From contig JAUNPU010000001.1 of the NCBI GenBank assembly GCA_030536555.1, forward strand, positions 107,814 to 171,813: DNA of 64,000 nucleotides. Direction: 5' to 3'. The translations under genes and the position numbers were made by a program. Position 1 is the stretch's first letter. Every line of letters begins with the position of its first letter. The DNA comes from Eubacteriales bacterium. Its GTDB lineage: Bacteria; Bacillota; Clostridia; Lachnospirales; Lachnospiraceae. The notes under the pieces were generated by a model. The model was not told the DNA's origin. It did no database searches and was given only the letters and a program-made list of their open reading frames with translations. This document shows, in pieces, positions 1 through 10,785 of the stretch.

Positions 1-779
1 GACGGAAGAAAAATGTCGTCATGGACACGGTCAGTGCCAAGCGTCTGTTTGGGGTGGAAAATGCCGTGAACAGGACATTCCGGACCACCATCTACGGGGA
101 TGTGGATGAGTATACGGTGGTCGGAGTGTACCGCAAGGAAATGACACCGTTTCAGACCATGATGCTGGGGCAGGGGGACACCGGAGGGAAGGCGATGGTT
201 CCCTACACGCTGCTGACATGGCCCAATGACAGCTTCTATTACTGCCATGTATTTGCCAGCGAGGAGGTGGATCTGGACGAGTTTTACAGTCGTCTCCTTG
301 CCTACATCGGCAAGCTGAAGGACCGAAGCAGCGCGGATTTCCGCATGCAGCTGGCAAAGGATGAGATGGGACAGATCGACAGTATGATGGGCGGTATGGC
401 AGGTGCCGTGGGCGGCATCGCAGCCATCTCCCTGCTGGTAGGCGGCATTGGCATCATGAACATCATGCTGGTGTCGGTGACGGAGCGGACAAGGGAGATT
501 GGCATCCGCAAGAGCCTTGGTGCCCGCACAAGGGATATCATGATTCAGTTCCTGACAGAATCCGCCATCCTGTCCGCCTGCGGAGGTCTTTTAGGCATAC
601 TCCTGGGCGTGGGAATCGTGTCCCTGGGCGGCGCGCTGCTGCGAATCGATGTGGTGGTGAAACCCGGCGTGGTGCTGCTGGCGGTGGGATTTTCCGCCCT
701 GGTGGGTGTGTTCTTCGGCATGTACCCGGCGGCGAAAGCGGCGAAGAAGGACCCGATTGAGGCGCTTCGATACGAGTAA
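1..779 (+). CDS. ABC transporter permease, MacB/FtsX family (C-terminal part; gene starts upstream of window)
   Basis: The frame is open from nt 3 with no upstream stop. The C-terminal multi-TM FtsX-type region ([27 protein letters not shown] ... DPIEALRYE) is typical of MacB-type permeases. Confidence 0.8.
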   Translation, partial: RKKNVVMDTVSAKRLFGVENAVNRTFRTTIYGDVDEYTVVGVYRKEMTPFQTMMLGQGDTGGKAMVPYTLLTWPNDSFYYCHVFASEEVDLDEFYSRLLAYIGKLKDRSSADFRMQLAKDEMGQIDSMMGGMAGAVGGIAAISLLVGGIGIMNIMLVSVTERTREIGIRKSLGARTRDIMIQFLTESAILSACGGLLGILLGVGIVSLGGALLRIDVVVKPGVVLLAVGFSALVGVFFGMYPAAKAAKKDPIEALRYE

Positions 780-938
780 ATATCATTCAAGAAGAAAAGA
801 GAAGTTATCCATAGAACAGAAGGTATGGATGGCTTCTTTTTTTATCTTTGACAACAGTTTTACAGAATCGCTCTTTTGGATTTTACAATGTATGAATATA
901 GTAAATGTGTTCAAATAAAATCATAAATCACGAGGAGA

Positions 939-2042
939 ATGATGATGAAAAAGAGAAATTTAAGCCTGGTTCTGGCAGCAGTGATCGCCATGGGGTCCAT
1001 AAGCGGATGTTCCGGTCAGACCTCTGCTAAGGAAGTAGATTTAAACAGCATGACGAAGGATGAGATTCTGGCAGAAGCCCGGAAAGAGGGCAGAGTTGAC
1101 TCTGTAGGCATGCCGGATACATGGGCAAACTGGGTGGGAACCTGGAACGACTTAAAGACAGAATATAACCTGGATCACACGGATACAGATATGTCCTCCG
1201 CAGAGGAAATCTCCCTGTTTGAGTCTGAGAAGAAGAATGCGACCAAGGATATCGGTGATGTAGGACAGGCATTCGGACCGATTGCAGAGGAGAAGGGTGT
1301 TACCTTAAAGTACAAGACCAGCTACTGGGATTCCATTCCGGACTGGGCGAAGGATGATGACGGTGACTGGATCATCGGCTATTACGGAACCATGACCATG
1401 ATGACCAACAAAAAGATCGTAAAGGAGGCGCCAAAGTCCTTTGAGGATCTGCTGAAGGGCGATTACAAGGTGGCAGTAGGCGACGTGGCGGCAGCGAATC
1501 AGGCCCAGTTCGCAGTGCTGGCAGCAGCAATTGCCATGGGCGGTGACGAGAGCAATGTAGAGCCGGGACTTGAGTATTTCCGCAAGATTGCAGAGCAGGG
1601 AAGACTGGATATGGGTGAGTTCAGCATGGCGCGTATCGAGAAAGGCGAGGTCGGTGTGGCATTCCTGTGGGACTACAATGCGCTGGGCTACAGAGATCAG
1701 TTCTTAAAGAACAACCCGGATGCAGACTTTGAGATTCACGTACCGGCAGAAGGCTCTATTCAGAGCGGCTACTGCACCATTTTAAATAAATATTCCCAGA
1801 GACCCCATGCAGCAGCGATGGCGAGAGAGTACATCTTAAGCGATCAGGGTCAGATCAATCTGGCAAAGGGCTATGCAAGACCGGTGAGAGATGTGGAGCT
1901 TCCCCAGGAGGTGAAGGAGAAGATGCTTCCGGACGAGCAGTACGCAAACAGCCGTATGATTCAGGACCAGAGCGCGTGGGATGAGACAACGAAGAAAATC
2001 GGCGGAATGTGGCAGGAGGAAGTGATCTCTTATGCAAAGTAA
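939..2042 (+). CDS. ABC transporter extracellular solute-binding lipoprotein (family 1, PotD/AfuA/PhnS-like; substrate unknown)
   Basis: Lipoprotein signal peptide with lipobox (LAAVIAMGSISGCSG). It is the first gene of an SBP, 2 permeases, ATPase operon. RBS aggagaatg lies upstream. Confidence 0.85.
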   Translation: MMMKKRNLSLVLAAVIAMGSISGCSGQTSAKEVDLNSMTKDEILAEARKEGRVDSVGMPDTWANWVGTWNDLKTEYNLDHTDTDMSSAEEISLFESEKKNATKDIGDVGQAFGPIAEEKGVTLKYKTSYWDSIPDWAKDDDGDWIIGYYGTMTMMTNKKIVKEAPKSFEDLLKGDYKVAVGDVAAANQAQFAVLAAAIAMGGDESNVEPGLEYFRKIAEQGRLDMGEFSMARIEKGEVGVAFLWDYNALGYRDQFLKNNPDADFEIHVPAEGSIQSGYCTILNKYSQRPHAAAMAREYILSDQGQINLAKGYARPVRDVELPQEVKEKMLPDEQYANSRMIQDQSAWDETTKKIGGMWQEEVISYAK

Positions 2043-2874
2043 GCGGTATCTTCTGGCTGGATTTCCCTTTATTTTACTGGCAGGAATGTTTGAGGTCCTG
2101 CCAGTTCTTACGACGATTATCAAGAGCTTCCGCCCGGAGGGAGGAGGCTTTGGTCTGACACTGGAGCACTACGTGGCTGTCTTCACCAAGCCTCTCTACG
2201 TGTCAGCTATCCGGAACAGTCTTTTGATCTCGGCAGCGTCCGCTGCCATCGGTCTTCTGGTGGCATTTGCAGCCGGACGGGCTGCCTGTGAGCGGGGCGG
2301 AAGCGTCAAGAAGCTGTTTATGAGTATTTTAAATATGGTGTCCAACTTTTCCGGTGTTCCGCTGGCATTTTCCTTCATTATTCTCTTTGGAAATGCAGGA
2401 GTTGTGACGATTCTGGGACGCAGCCTCGGCATTCAGTCTCTGGCGGAATTTCCACTGTATACCATCTGGGGACTGATGCTGACCTATATCTATTTTCAGA
2501 TTCCTCTGGCGACGCTGCTGCTGATTCCAGCCTTCGATTCCATTCGCAGGGAGTGGAGAGAGGCGGTGAATATCATGGGCGGAAATGACCGGATCTTCTG
2601 GCGGAAGGTTGGTATTCCGGTGCTGCTGCCCAGCCTGCTTGGCACCTTTTCCACCCTTTTTGCCAATGCAATTTCGGCTTACGCTACAGCCTATGCGCTG
2701 CTGATGAACAACTATTCCATTCTGCCGATCCGGATTGCCGAGCAGTTCAAGGGCGATATTGTGCAGAGACCGGAATTCGGAAGCGCGCTTGCGGTGGTTC
2801 TGATGCTCATTATGGTGTGTTCCATGGGAATCACCCAGCGTGTGGCAGGAATGACAGGAGGGAAAAAGGCATGA
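2032..2874 (+). CDS. ABC transporter permease (BPD_transp_1 type)
   Basis: Multi-TM protein that overlaps the SBP stop codon, in operon context with an ATPase downstream. Confidence 0.85.
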   Translation: MQSKRYLLAGFPFILLAGMFEVLPVLTTIIKSFRPEGGGFGLTLEHYVAVFTKPLYVSAIRNSLLISAASAAIGLLVAFAAGRAACERGGSVKKLFMSILNMVSNFSGVPLAFSFIILFGNAGVVTILGRSLGIQSLAEFPLYTIWGLMLTYIYFQIPLATLLLIPAFDSIRREWREAVNIMGGNDRIFWRKVGIPVLLPSLLGTFSTLFANAISAYATAYALLMNNYSILPIRIAEQFKGDIVQRPEFGSALAVVLMLIMVCSMGITQRVAGMTGGKKA

Positions 2875-3671
2875 AAACGAAGAAAAAACATGGCACCGGG
2901 CTGCTGCTTGTGGTGGTTGCAGTCTATCTGCTGATCCCGCTGGTATTTACCTTTCTCTATTCGCTGTTTCGAGAGTGGATGGATATTCTGCCCAGCTCAT
3001 TTACCCTGAATGCCTACGGGGAAATCCTTGGAGATTCCGTGTTCTGGCTCTCTGTGGGAAGAACGCTGATCATATCCATCATTCCCATCTTCATCTGTAT
3101 GGTAATCGTGCTTCTTGCCATGTATGTGGTGGTGGTCTACCATCCGGAGTGGGACAAATACATGAAGCTTCTGTGTACCATGCCCTATGCGATTCAGGGC
3201 GTAATCCTGCCCATCTGCGTGCTGGCACTGTATGCGGATGCGCCGGAACCATTCAGCAACCGGATCTTCATGCTTACATCCACCTACTGCATCGTGGTGC
3301 TTCCCTACATCTATCAGGGAGTGCGCAACAACTTAAACGGCATGAATGTAAAGGGGCTTTTGGAGGCGGCTCAGATGCTGGGAGCCGGACAGTTCTATTC
3401 CTTTTTCCGCATCATTGTGCCCAATATCACCAATGGCATCATCATATCCTCCATGCTGGCAATGGCGATTGTGTTCGGTGATTTTGTGGTGATCAACATG
3501 CTGGCGGGCAACTATTTCCCCACAGCACAGATGTATGTATATGAGATTATGAAGAAGTCCAGCCAGAAAACCTGCGCGGCGATTATGATATTATTTACAG
3601 TTACTCTGCTGATTTCCATGTTTGTATTCCTGCGGGGAGCAGACAGCCAGAAGCAGGATGAGGAGAACTGA
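2871..3671 (+). CDS. ABC transporter permease (second membrane subunit)
   Basis: ATGA overlap with the upstream permease stop (start MKTKKKHG at 2871 preferred over the track start at 2817). Hydrophobic multi-TM sequence. Confidence 0.85.
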   Translation: MKTKKKHGTGLLLVVVAVYLLIPLVFTFLYSLFREWMDILPSSFTLNAYGEILGDSVFWLSVGRTLIISIIPIFICMVIVLLAMYVVVVYHPEWDKYMKLLCTMPYAIQGVILPICVLALYADAPEPFSNRIFMLTSTYCIVVLPYIYQGVRNNLNGMNVKGLLEAAQMLGAGQFYSFFRIIVPNITNGIIISSMLAMAIVFGDFVVINMLAGNYFPTAQMYVYEIMKKSSQKTCAAIMILFTVTLLISMFVFLRGADSQKQDEEN

Positions 3672-3691
3672 CGGGAAGGAAAAGGATAGAA

Positions 3692-4702
3692 ATGGCATAT
3701 ATTGAATTTAAAAATATTGATAAGTTTTTTGGCAGAAACCATGTACTGCGCGGCATCAACATGGAGATTGAAAAAGGGCAGTTTGTCACTCTTCTTGGGC
3801 CGTCGGGCTGTGGAAAAAGCACCCTGCTTAGGTGTCTGGCAGGACTGGAAACCATAGACGGAGGAGCAATCTTTCTGGACGGAGAGGACATCACCAGAAA
3901 GGATCCAAAGGACCGGAATATCGGTATGGTATTCCAGCACTACAGTCTGTTCCCCAACATGACAGTGGCAGAGAATATCGCATTTGGTCTGAAGCTGAAG
4001 AAGACGGACCGTGCAGTGATTGAGAAAAAGGTGGCAGATGCCATCCGCATGGTGGAGCTGGAGGGAAAGGAAGACCAGTATCCTTCTAATCTGTCCGGGG
4101 GACAGCAGCAGAGAGTCGCCCTGGCACGCAGTATTGTGATGGAGCCCAAGGTGCTTCTGCTGGATGAACCCTTAAGTGCCATCGATGCAAAGCTGCGGAA
4201 ATCCCTGCAGGCAAGCATCAAGCAGATCACAAAAGAGCTGGGACTGACGGCAGTATTTGTGACGCACGATCAGGATGAGGCCATGGTCATGTCCGATGTA
4301 ATCAACCTGTTTCACGATGGTAAGATCGAGCAGTCCGGCGATCCGGTCAGCGTCTACACCAGACCGGTAAGCTCCTTCGCAGCCGGATTTATCGGCAACT
4401 ATAATCTGCTGTCCGTGAAGGATTTTACCCTTGTGACGGGGAAGGTGAGACAGAGCGGGAAGGAGACGGCAATCCGCCCGGAGACCTTTACCATCTCCCA
4501 TCAGCCCATCAAAAATGATGATGAATACCACTTTGAGGGAATCGTCGAGAGCAATTCCCCCAGAGGAAATGTGCTTCGCTACACAGTCAATGTAAACGGT
4601 GTCCGGATCCATATTGACGCCCTGTTCCGCAGCCGGGTGCTGTTCGAGGATGGATCCAGGGTCTATGTTTCGGTAGCAGAGAAGAACTGTATTGTGCTAT
4701 AA
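3692..4702 (+). CDS. ABC transporter ATP-binding protein (PotA/FbpC/UgpC-like with C-terminal TOBE-type extension)
   Basis: Walker A GPSGCGKST, signature LSGGQQQRV, Walker B LLLDEPLS, H-loop THD. Confidence 0.9.
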   Translation: MAYIEFKNIDKFFGRNHVLRGINMEIEKGQFVTLLGPSGCGKSTLLRCLAGLETIDGGAIFLDGEDITRKDPKDRNIGMVFQHYSLFPNMTVAENIAFGLKLKKTDRAVIEKKVADAIRMVELEGKEDQYPSNLSGGQQQRVALARSIVMEPKVLLLDEPLSAIDAKLRKSLQASIKQITKELGLTAVFVTHDQDEAMVMSDVINLFHDGKIEQSGDPVSVYTRPVSSFAAGFIGNYNLLSVKDFTLVTGKVRQSGKETAIRPETFTISHQPIKNDDEYHFEGIVESNSPRGNVLRYTVNVNGVRIHIDALFRSRVLFEDGSRVYVSVAEKNCIVL

Positions 4703-4759
4703 TGGACACATCTGATAATGGAAGCAGATGCAGAAAGTGCAATATATGGGAGGCAGAAC

Positions 4760-5746
4760 ATGGCAGACAGAATACAGGGTTTTAAGCATTATGAGCACTG
4801 GTACAAGGGAAATCTTCACAGCCACACCACCAATTCGGACGGAAAATTAACCCCGGAAGAGTCGGTGGAGCTGTTCAAAGCACATGGCTACAGCTTCCTG
4901 TGCTTTTCCGATCACGATCTGTATACAGACTATCGGGACCTTTTTGACCGGGATGATTTTATCATTCTTCCGGGGCTGGAGGCGTCGGCGATTCTCTGCG
5001 AACCGGTGACCGGACGGGCGCTGAAGGTTCATCACATTCATGGAATTCTGGGAACCGAGAAGATGGTGAAGGAGGCCGGAGACCGGGTCTTTCATCACAT
5101 GGAACGGATGGAGCCGGACCGGTATGTGGGAACCTGGGACGGAGCCAGAGTGGCGCAGAATCTCTGCGATCTTTTGAGAAGCCGCGGCTGTATCACGACC
5201 TACAACCATCCGATCTGGTCCAGAGTGGAGGCGGAGGAATTCATCCACACCGAAGGCATCTGGGCGCTGGAAATCTTCAACTATAACACCGTCAATGAGA
5301 GCAATACAGGCTTTGACAGTACCTACTGGGATCTGATGCTGAGACAGGGCAGAAGGATGCCGGCGGTTGCCACGGACGACAACCACAACGAAGGGATGTT
5401 CGATGATGCCTGCGGCGGATACATCGTGGTAAATGCACCGGAGCTGACCCATGAGGCGATTCTGCAGAATATGCTGGACGGCAACTATTACCTGTCAGCC
5501 GGACCGGAGATTCATGACTGGGGTATCCGGGACGGAGTCGCCTATGTAGAATGCTCCCCCGTATACCGCATTGATTTCGTAGCAGGCAATCACATCAATG
5601 ACGGAACTTCCCATGTGGGAAAGTGCTATGAGGATACCATGGAGCGGGGCGAATACCGCTTAAAAGGCGACGAGTCCTACGTGCGGGTCCAGTGTACGGA
5701 CCGGTATGGAAGGACGGCATGGAGCAATCCGATCTATTTGAGATGA
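4760..5746 (+). CDS. PHP-domain metal-dependent phosphoesterase (CehA/McbA-like)
   Basis: N-terminal GNLHSHTTNSDG motif typical of PHP domains, plus further His/Asp motifs (FSDHD, TDDNHNE). Start MADRIQ at 4760 preferred; the track start is 4718. Confidence 0.7.
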   Translation: MADRIQGFKHYEHWYKGNLHSHTTNSDGKLTPEESVELFKAHGYSFLCFSDHDLYTDYRDLFDRDDFIILPGLEASAILCEPVTGRALKVHHIHGILGTEKMVKEAGDRVFHHMERMEPDRYVGTWDGARVAQNLCDLLRSRGCITTYNHPIWSRVEAEEFIHTEGIWALEIFNYNTVNESNTGFDSTYWDLMLRQGRRMPAVATDDNHNEGMFDDACGGYIVVNAPELTHEAILQNMLDGNYYLSAGPEIHDWGIRDGVAYVECSPVYRIDFVAGNHINDGTSHVGKCYEDTMERGEYRLKGDESYVRVQCTDRYGRTAWSNPIYLR

Positions 5747-5760
5747 AATTGGCAGAAAGA

Positions 5761-5787
5761 AAGCCGGAGTACCCCTCCGGCTTTTCC
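5761..5787. terminator. Bidirectional intrinsic terminator between convergent genes
   Basis: 9-bp stem aagccggag/ctccggctt with a 5-nt loop. An A-run lies upstream and T residues downstream, so a T-rich tail exists on the minus strand. It sits between the stops at 5746 (+) and 5793 (-). Confidence 0.7.
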
Positions 5788-5792
5788 ATATA

Positions 5793-6509
5793 TCAGGATA
5801 AATGCACCAGATCCCGCACCACCTCTCCGGCAATCAGAAGTCCTGCCACCGGCGGCACGAAGGAGATACTTCCCGGCACAGCCCGCCTGGTGGTCGGTTC
5901 TTCGTTGGGAAGAATCGGAGTCAGGGGCTGTTCTCTTGAATACAGTACCTTCAGGTGGTAGATTCCGCGGCTTTTCAGCTCCTTTCGCATCACACGGCAC
6001 AGGGGGCAGACGGAGGTCCTGGAGATGTCGGTGATCTCAAACAGCTCTCCGTGCAGCTTGTTGCCGGTTCCCATGGAAGCCAGCAGCGGAACCTGGTGCC
6101 GGTCTGCGTATTCCACGATGGCAAGCTTGGCAGCTACGGTGTCGATGGCATCGATCAGGTAGTCGATATGCCCGATGCTGTCAAGCAGTGTATCCAGATT
6201 GTCCGGCAGCACAAAGGTCTCGAAGGTGTCCACGCGGGCAGCGGGATTGATATCCATGATCCGCTCCTTCATGACCTGAGTCTTATACTGTCCCACGGTG
6301 CTGTGGTAGGCGATGCTCTGGCGGTTGATATTGGTCACGGATACGGTGTCGTTGTCCACCAGCACCAGATGACCGATGCCGCAGCGTGCCAGGGCTTCGA
6401 TGCAGTGGGAACCCACGCCGCCCACGCCGAAGACCACCACAGTAGATTCTGCCAGCTTCTGCTGATTCTCAGTTCCAATCAGACGTTCTGTTCGGGAAAA
6501 TTCTTCCAT
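5793..6509 (-). CDS. tcdA: tRNA threonylcarbamoyladenosine dehydratase (ThiF/MoeB-family, TcdA-like)
   Basis: FSRTERLIG start region and the Rossmann motif VFGVGGVGSH...LVDND..VTNINRQ typical of TcdA/CsdL. ATG at 6509 is preceded by aaggag. Confidence 0.85.
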   Translation of the reverse strand: MEEFSRTERLIGTENQQKLAESTVVVFGVGGVGSHCIEALARCGIGHLVLVDNDTVSVTNINRQSIAYHSTVGQYKTQVMKERIMDINPAARVDTFETFVLPDNLDTLLDSIGHIDYLIDAIDTVAAKLAIVEYADRHQVPLLASMGTGNKLHGELFEITDISRTSVCPLCRVMRKELKSRGIYHLKVLYSREQPLTPILPNEEPTTRRAVPGSISFVPPVAGLLIAGEVVRDLVHLS

Positions 6510-6523
6510 AAAGTCACAACTCC

Positions 6524-6955
6524 TTACATCAGATTGGCATCGGGGCATTTCTTCTGCTCCTCGATCAGGTCAGCAAGGGTCACGCGGTCAACCACCTGGT
6601 CGATGGCGTCCTTCAGCTGCTTCCAGACAGTCAGGGTCACACAGGTTCCGGCACGCTTGCAGGGGTCCGCATTGTCATCGAGACAGCTGACCGGTGACAG
6701 GCTTCCCTCTGTCTGGCGCAGAATCATGCCCACTGTGTATTCCTCAGGCCTCTTCGTCAGCATATAGCCGCCCTGTGCCCCGCGGATACTGCGGACATAT
6801 CCGGCCTTGTGCAGAAGAGTCACAATCTGCTCTAAATACTTGTCCGAGATGCCCTGGCGCTCTGCCACCTGACTGATCTTCGTACAGCTATCCGGGTTCA
6901 GCCCGAATTCTATCATCATACGGAGGGCATAGCGCCCTTTAGTAGAAATCTTCAT
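6524..6955 (-). CDS. Rrf2-family transcriptional regulator (IscR/CymR-like, three-Cys cluster site)
   Basis: MKISTKGRYALRMM N-terminus (winged HTH of the Rrf2 family) and three Cys residues in the C-terminal half (SPVSCLDDNADPCKRAGTC). The track ORF extends further upstream, but ATG at 6955 matches the family N-terminus. Confidence 0.85.
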   Translation of the reverse strand: MKISTKGRYALRMMIEFGLNPDSCTKISQVAERQGISDKYLEQIVTLLHKAGYVRSIRGAQGGYMLTKRPEEYTVGMILRQTEGSLSPVSCLDDNADPCKRAGTCVTLTVWKQLKDAIDQVVDRVTLADLIEEQKKCPDANLM

Positions 6956-7137
6956 AAACAACTGCCTCCAATATTCCATTAATTTAACAGGATATAAGGG
7001 TATTGTACAAAATATTCCGGAAAAAGTAAACAGGGAAAGAAAACAGAATCCTTGATTGCAGGTCAGTGTGTGATTTGATATAATAGAAGCCGAACAACGT
7101 GAAATCAACAGGACAAGACAGGACAGGAGGGGTGAAC

Positions 7138-8808
7138 ATGGGGATTGAATTTCCACTGGGTATCGACAGTTTCGAAAAGCTGCGCAGTACAGGAAGATAT
7201 TATGTAGATAAAACAGAATTTATCGGCAGGTTGCTGCAGAATACTTATGAAGTGAATCTTGTGACACGTCCTCGAAGATTCGGAAAAACTCTGGCTATGA
7301 GCATGCTGGAGGATTTTTTTGATATTTCCAAAGACAGCAGTGCTGATTTTGAGGGCCTTAAGATCAGAGAGAATCAGGAGTTGTGTGCAAAGTGGATGAA
7401 TCAGTGGCCGGTGCTGTTTTTGACGTTGAAAAGCGTGGAGGGAAATGATTTTGAGAGCGCCTATGGAATGCTCAGGGTGTTGATCTCCGGAGTATGCAAA
7501 AAATATGCATTTCTTGAGAACAGTGATCGGGCAGACAGAGATGATATCAGATGTTTTCGCAGTCTGAAAGCGCAGGAAAGCAGTCCGGAGATTTTGAAGG
7601 ACAGTCTTCATACCTTGATGCGCATGATGAATGACCACTATGGTAAGCCGGTGATTCTGCTGATTGATGAATACGATGTTCCTCTGGCAAAAGCCAGTGA
7701 AGCCGGTTATTATTCAGAAATGATGGATGTAATCCGTGCGATGCTTGGCAAGGCGCTGAAGACCAATGAATTTCTGAAGTTTGCTGTGATTACCGGCTGT
7801 TTGAAGATCGCCAAGGAAAGTATTTTTACCGGGACGAATAACTTTGTGTCGGACACCATTACCGGCGACCGGTTTGATGAATACTTTGGTTTTACGGAAG
7901 CGGATGTGCATCAGATTCTGGCAGATGCGAATTTTGCCGACCACGCAGCGGAGATTAAGACATGGTATGACGGGTATCGCTTTGGAAGTGTGGAGGTATA
8001 CTGTCCATGGGACGTACTGAATCATGTGGCGGCACTGCAGCTGAATCCCAGGAAAAAGCCTCAGAATTACTGGGGCTCAACCAGTCATAACGGGATTATT
8101 TACCGGTTTATCAGCAGAGAAGATCTGGAAGTAAACCACAAGTTCGAGAAGCTGATGGCAGGAGAGTACCTGATTGAGTCGGTGACAGAAGATCTGACCT
8201 ATGATACCCTGCGGTCATCGGAAGAGAATCTATGGAGCCTTCTGTATCTGACCGGGTATCTGACACGGGCGGATCTGGCAGAAGAGGATGATATATCAGC
8301 GGAAGGACAGATCGCGCTGAAGATCCCCAATGAAGAAGTAAGGTCCATATTTAAGACGGCTATTGTGGAGTGGTTCAATGATTCGGTGAAATGCACGGAC
8401 AGGAAAGAACTGTTTGAAGCAATGTGGAGCGGAGATGACCAGAAGGCTTCTCTTGCAATTTCGGATCTGCTGTTTTCGACGATCAGCTATCATGATTATA
8501 AAGAAAGCTATTATCATGCGTTTCTTGCGGGGATTTTTGCAGGCGCCGGATATATTGTGGAGTCGAATTATGAGAGGGGAACCGGCAGACCGGATGTGGT
8601 TGTGAAGGATAAAAAAGCACGAAAAGCGCTGATTATTGAGGCGAAACATGCGGACTCTGAAAAGAATCTGGAATCGGCATGCAGGCAGGCCATGGATCAG
8701 ATTGTCGATAAAAGATATACGTATGGACTGGAACGCGGGTATCAGAGCGTAATCAGCTATGGCGCCGCATTTTTTGAGAAAGAGTGCCTGATAAAAAGAG
8801 TGATATAA
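7138..8808 (+). CDS. AAA-ATPase-like N-terminal domain protein with C-terminal PD-(D/E)XK nuclease-like domain (AAA-ATPase_like/PDDEXK_9 family)
   Basis: N-terminus GIDSFEKLR...YYVDKTEFI...RPRRFGKT and C-terminus GRPDVVV...IIEAK are characteristic of this predicted ATPase-nuclease family. Start at 7138 (MGIEFPLG). Confidence 0.7.
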   Translation: MGIEFPLGIDSFEKLRSTGRYYVDKTEFIGRLLQNTYEVNLVTRPRRFGKTLAMSMLEDFFDISKDSSADFEGLKIRENQELCAKWMNQWPVLFLTLKSVEGNDFESAYGMLRVLISGVCKKYAFLENSDRADRDDIRCFRSLKAQESSPEILKDSLHTLMRMMNDHYGKPVILLIDEYDVPLAKASEAGYYSEMMDVIRAMLGKALKTNEFLKFAVITGCLKIAKESIFTGTNNFVSDTITGDRFDEYFGFTEADVHQILADANFADHAAEIKTWYDGYRFGSVEVYCPWDVLNHVAALQLNPRKKPQNYWGSTSHNGIIYRFISREDLEVNHKFEKLMAGEYLIESVTEDLTYDTLRSSEENLWSLLYLTGYLTRADLAEEDDISAEGQIALKIPNEEVRSIFKTAIVEWFNDSVKCTDRKELFEAMWSGDDQKASLAISDLLFSTISYHDYKESYYHAFLAGIFAGAGYIVESNYERGTGRPDVVVKDKKARKALIIEAKHADSEKNLESACRQAMDQIVDKRYTYGLERGYQSVISYGAAFFEKECLIKRVI

Positions 8809-8824
8809 CAGGAGGAAATGATAT

Positions 8825-10753
8825 ATGAAAGACGGATTTTTCCGCGTGGCGGCAGCGACGCCGAAGATAAAGGTAGCAGACCCGGTCTACAACCGGGAGC
8901 AGATCTGTGAGATGATCGAGGAAGGAACAAGGCTTGGGGTGGGCATGATGGTATTCCCGGAGCTGTCTCTGACGGCATACACCTGCGGCGATCTGTTCCT
9001 GCATTTTCCGCTGATCCGCAGGGCGAAGGAGGAGCTGAAAAAGATCGTGGAGTTCACGGCAGGACGGCAGATGCTGGTGTTTGTGGGGCTTCCCTGGGAG
9101 CACGGTGGCAAGCTGTACAATGTGGCGGCTGTGATCTGCAACGGGCAGCTGCTGGGTGTGGTTCCCAAGACCAACCTTCCCAATTACTCGGAATTCTATG
9201 AGCAGAGACACTTTACACCAGCTATGGAGTTCCAGGCGGAGACAGACTGGTTCGGCAGCAGGGTCATCATGGGAACGAATCTTCTGTTTGCCTGTCGGGA
9301 GATCCCGGAGCTGGTGGTGGCAGCGGAGATTTGTGAGGACGCATGGGTTCCGTGCCCGCCAAGTATCCGCCATGCCCTTGCCGGCGCGACGGTGATCGCC
9401 AACTGCTCTGCCAGCGACGAGGTGGTGGGAAAGGATACCTACCGCAGATCCCTGATTGGCGGACAGTCGGCGCGGCTGGTCTGCGGCTATGTCTATGCCA
9501 ATGCCGGGGAGGGAGAGTCCACCCAGGATCTGGTATTTGGCGGACACAATCTGATTGCGGAGAATGGAACCCTGCTGGCAGAGGCGAAGCGGTTCCATCC
9601 GGGAATGATCTGCGCTGATATGGATCTGGAGCGGCTTTGCAGCGAGCGCAGGCGGACTACCACCTATCCGGCACAGGATGACGGAATCTATCTGACCATT
9701 GATTTTTCCTTAAATACAGAAGCCATGGAAAAAGAGCAGGAGAAGAAGCTGCTTCGCTTCATCGACAGCCGCCCGTTCGTGCCCCAGGCGAAGGAGGAGC
9801 GCAGCAGACGGTGTGAGGAGATTTTCACCATTCAGGCGATGGGACTGAAGAAGCGTCTGGAGCACACCGGCACCCGGCATGTGGTGCTTGGAATCTCCGG
9901 CGGTCTGGACTCCACGCTGGCACTTTTGGTGGCGGCGAGAGCCTTTGATCTGCTGGATATTCCGAGACAGCAGATTCATGCAATCACCATGCCCTGCTTC
10001 GGCACCACCGACCGTACCTATCAGAATGCCTGCACCATGACCAGAAAGCTGGGGGCGACCCTGACCGAGGTGGATATCAAAGCATCCGTGATGCAGCATT
10101 TTTCGGATATCGGACACGATCCGTCCGTACACGATGTGACCTATGAGAACAGTCAGGCACGGGAGCGGACCCAGGTGCTGATGGATATTGCCAACCAGGT
10201 GGGCGGTCTGGTGATCGGTACCGGCGACATGTCGGAGCTGGCGCTGGGCTGGGCTACCTACAATGGTGACCACATGTCCATGTACGGCGTCAATGCCTCT
10301 GTGCCGAAGACCCTGGTGCGCCATCTGGTGCATTATTATGCGGATACCTGCGGAGAGCAGGAGCTTGAGGCGGTGCTGATGGATGTGCTGGATACGCCGG
10401 TCAGCCCGGAGCTTCTGCCGCCGGAGGACGGGGTGATCGCACAGAAAACTGAGGACCTGGTGGGACCCTACGAGCTGCATGATTTCTACCTGTACTATGT
10501 GCTGCGGTACGGCTATATGCCGTCCAAGATCTACCGTTTGGCACTGAGGGCATTTGCAGGAGAATATGAGGCAGAGACCATTGCAAAGTGGCTGAATGTA
10601 TTCTACCGCCGGTTCTTTGCACAGCAGTTCAAGCGCTCCTGTCTCCCGGACGGCCCGAAGGTGGGCTCTGTGGCAGTATCGCCCCGCGGTGACCTTAGGA
10701 TGCCCAGTGATGCGGCTAGACGGATCTGGATGGACGATCTGGAAAAGCTGTAA
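8825..10753 (+). CDS. nadE: Glutamine-dependent NAD+ synthetase
   Basis: 642 aa. N-terminal CN-hydrolase domain ([16 protein letters not shown]) plus a C-terminal NAD synthetase domain with the SGGLDS PP-loop. Confidence 0.9.
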   Translation: MKDGFFRVAAATPKIKVADPVYNREQICEMIEEGTRLGVGMMVFPELSLTAYTCGDLFLHFPLIRRAKEELKKIVEFTAGRQMLVFVGLPWEHGGKLYNVAAVICNGQLLGVVPKTNLPNYSEFYEQRHFTPAMEFQAETDWFGSRVIMGTNLLFACREIPELVVAAEICEDAWVPCPPSIRHALAGATVIANCSASDEVVGKDTYRRSLIGGQSARLVCGYVYANAGEGESTQDLVFGGHNLIAENGTLLAEAKRFHPGMICADMDLERLCSERRRTTTYPAQDDGIYLTIDFSLNTEAMEKEQEKKLLRFIDSRPFVPQAKEERSRRCEEIFTIQAMGLKKRLEHTGTRHVVLGISGGLDSTLALLVAARAFDLLDIPRQQIHAITMPCFGTTDRTYQNACTMTRKLGATLTEVDIKASVMQHFSDIGHDPSVHDVTYENSQARERTQVLMDIANQVGGLVIGTGDMSELALGWATYNGDHMSMYGVNASVPKTLVRHLVHYYADTCGEQELEAVLMDVLDTPVSPELLPPEDGVIAQKTEDLVGPYELHDFYLYYVLRYGYMPSKIYRLALRAFAGEYEAETIAKWLNVFYRRFFAQQFKRSCLPDGPKVGSVAVSPRGDLRMPSDAARRIWMDDLEKL

Positions 10754-10785
10754 ACGATATTATAATAGACGAGGATGATACAACC

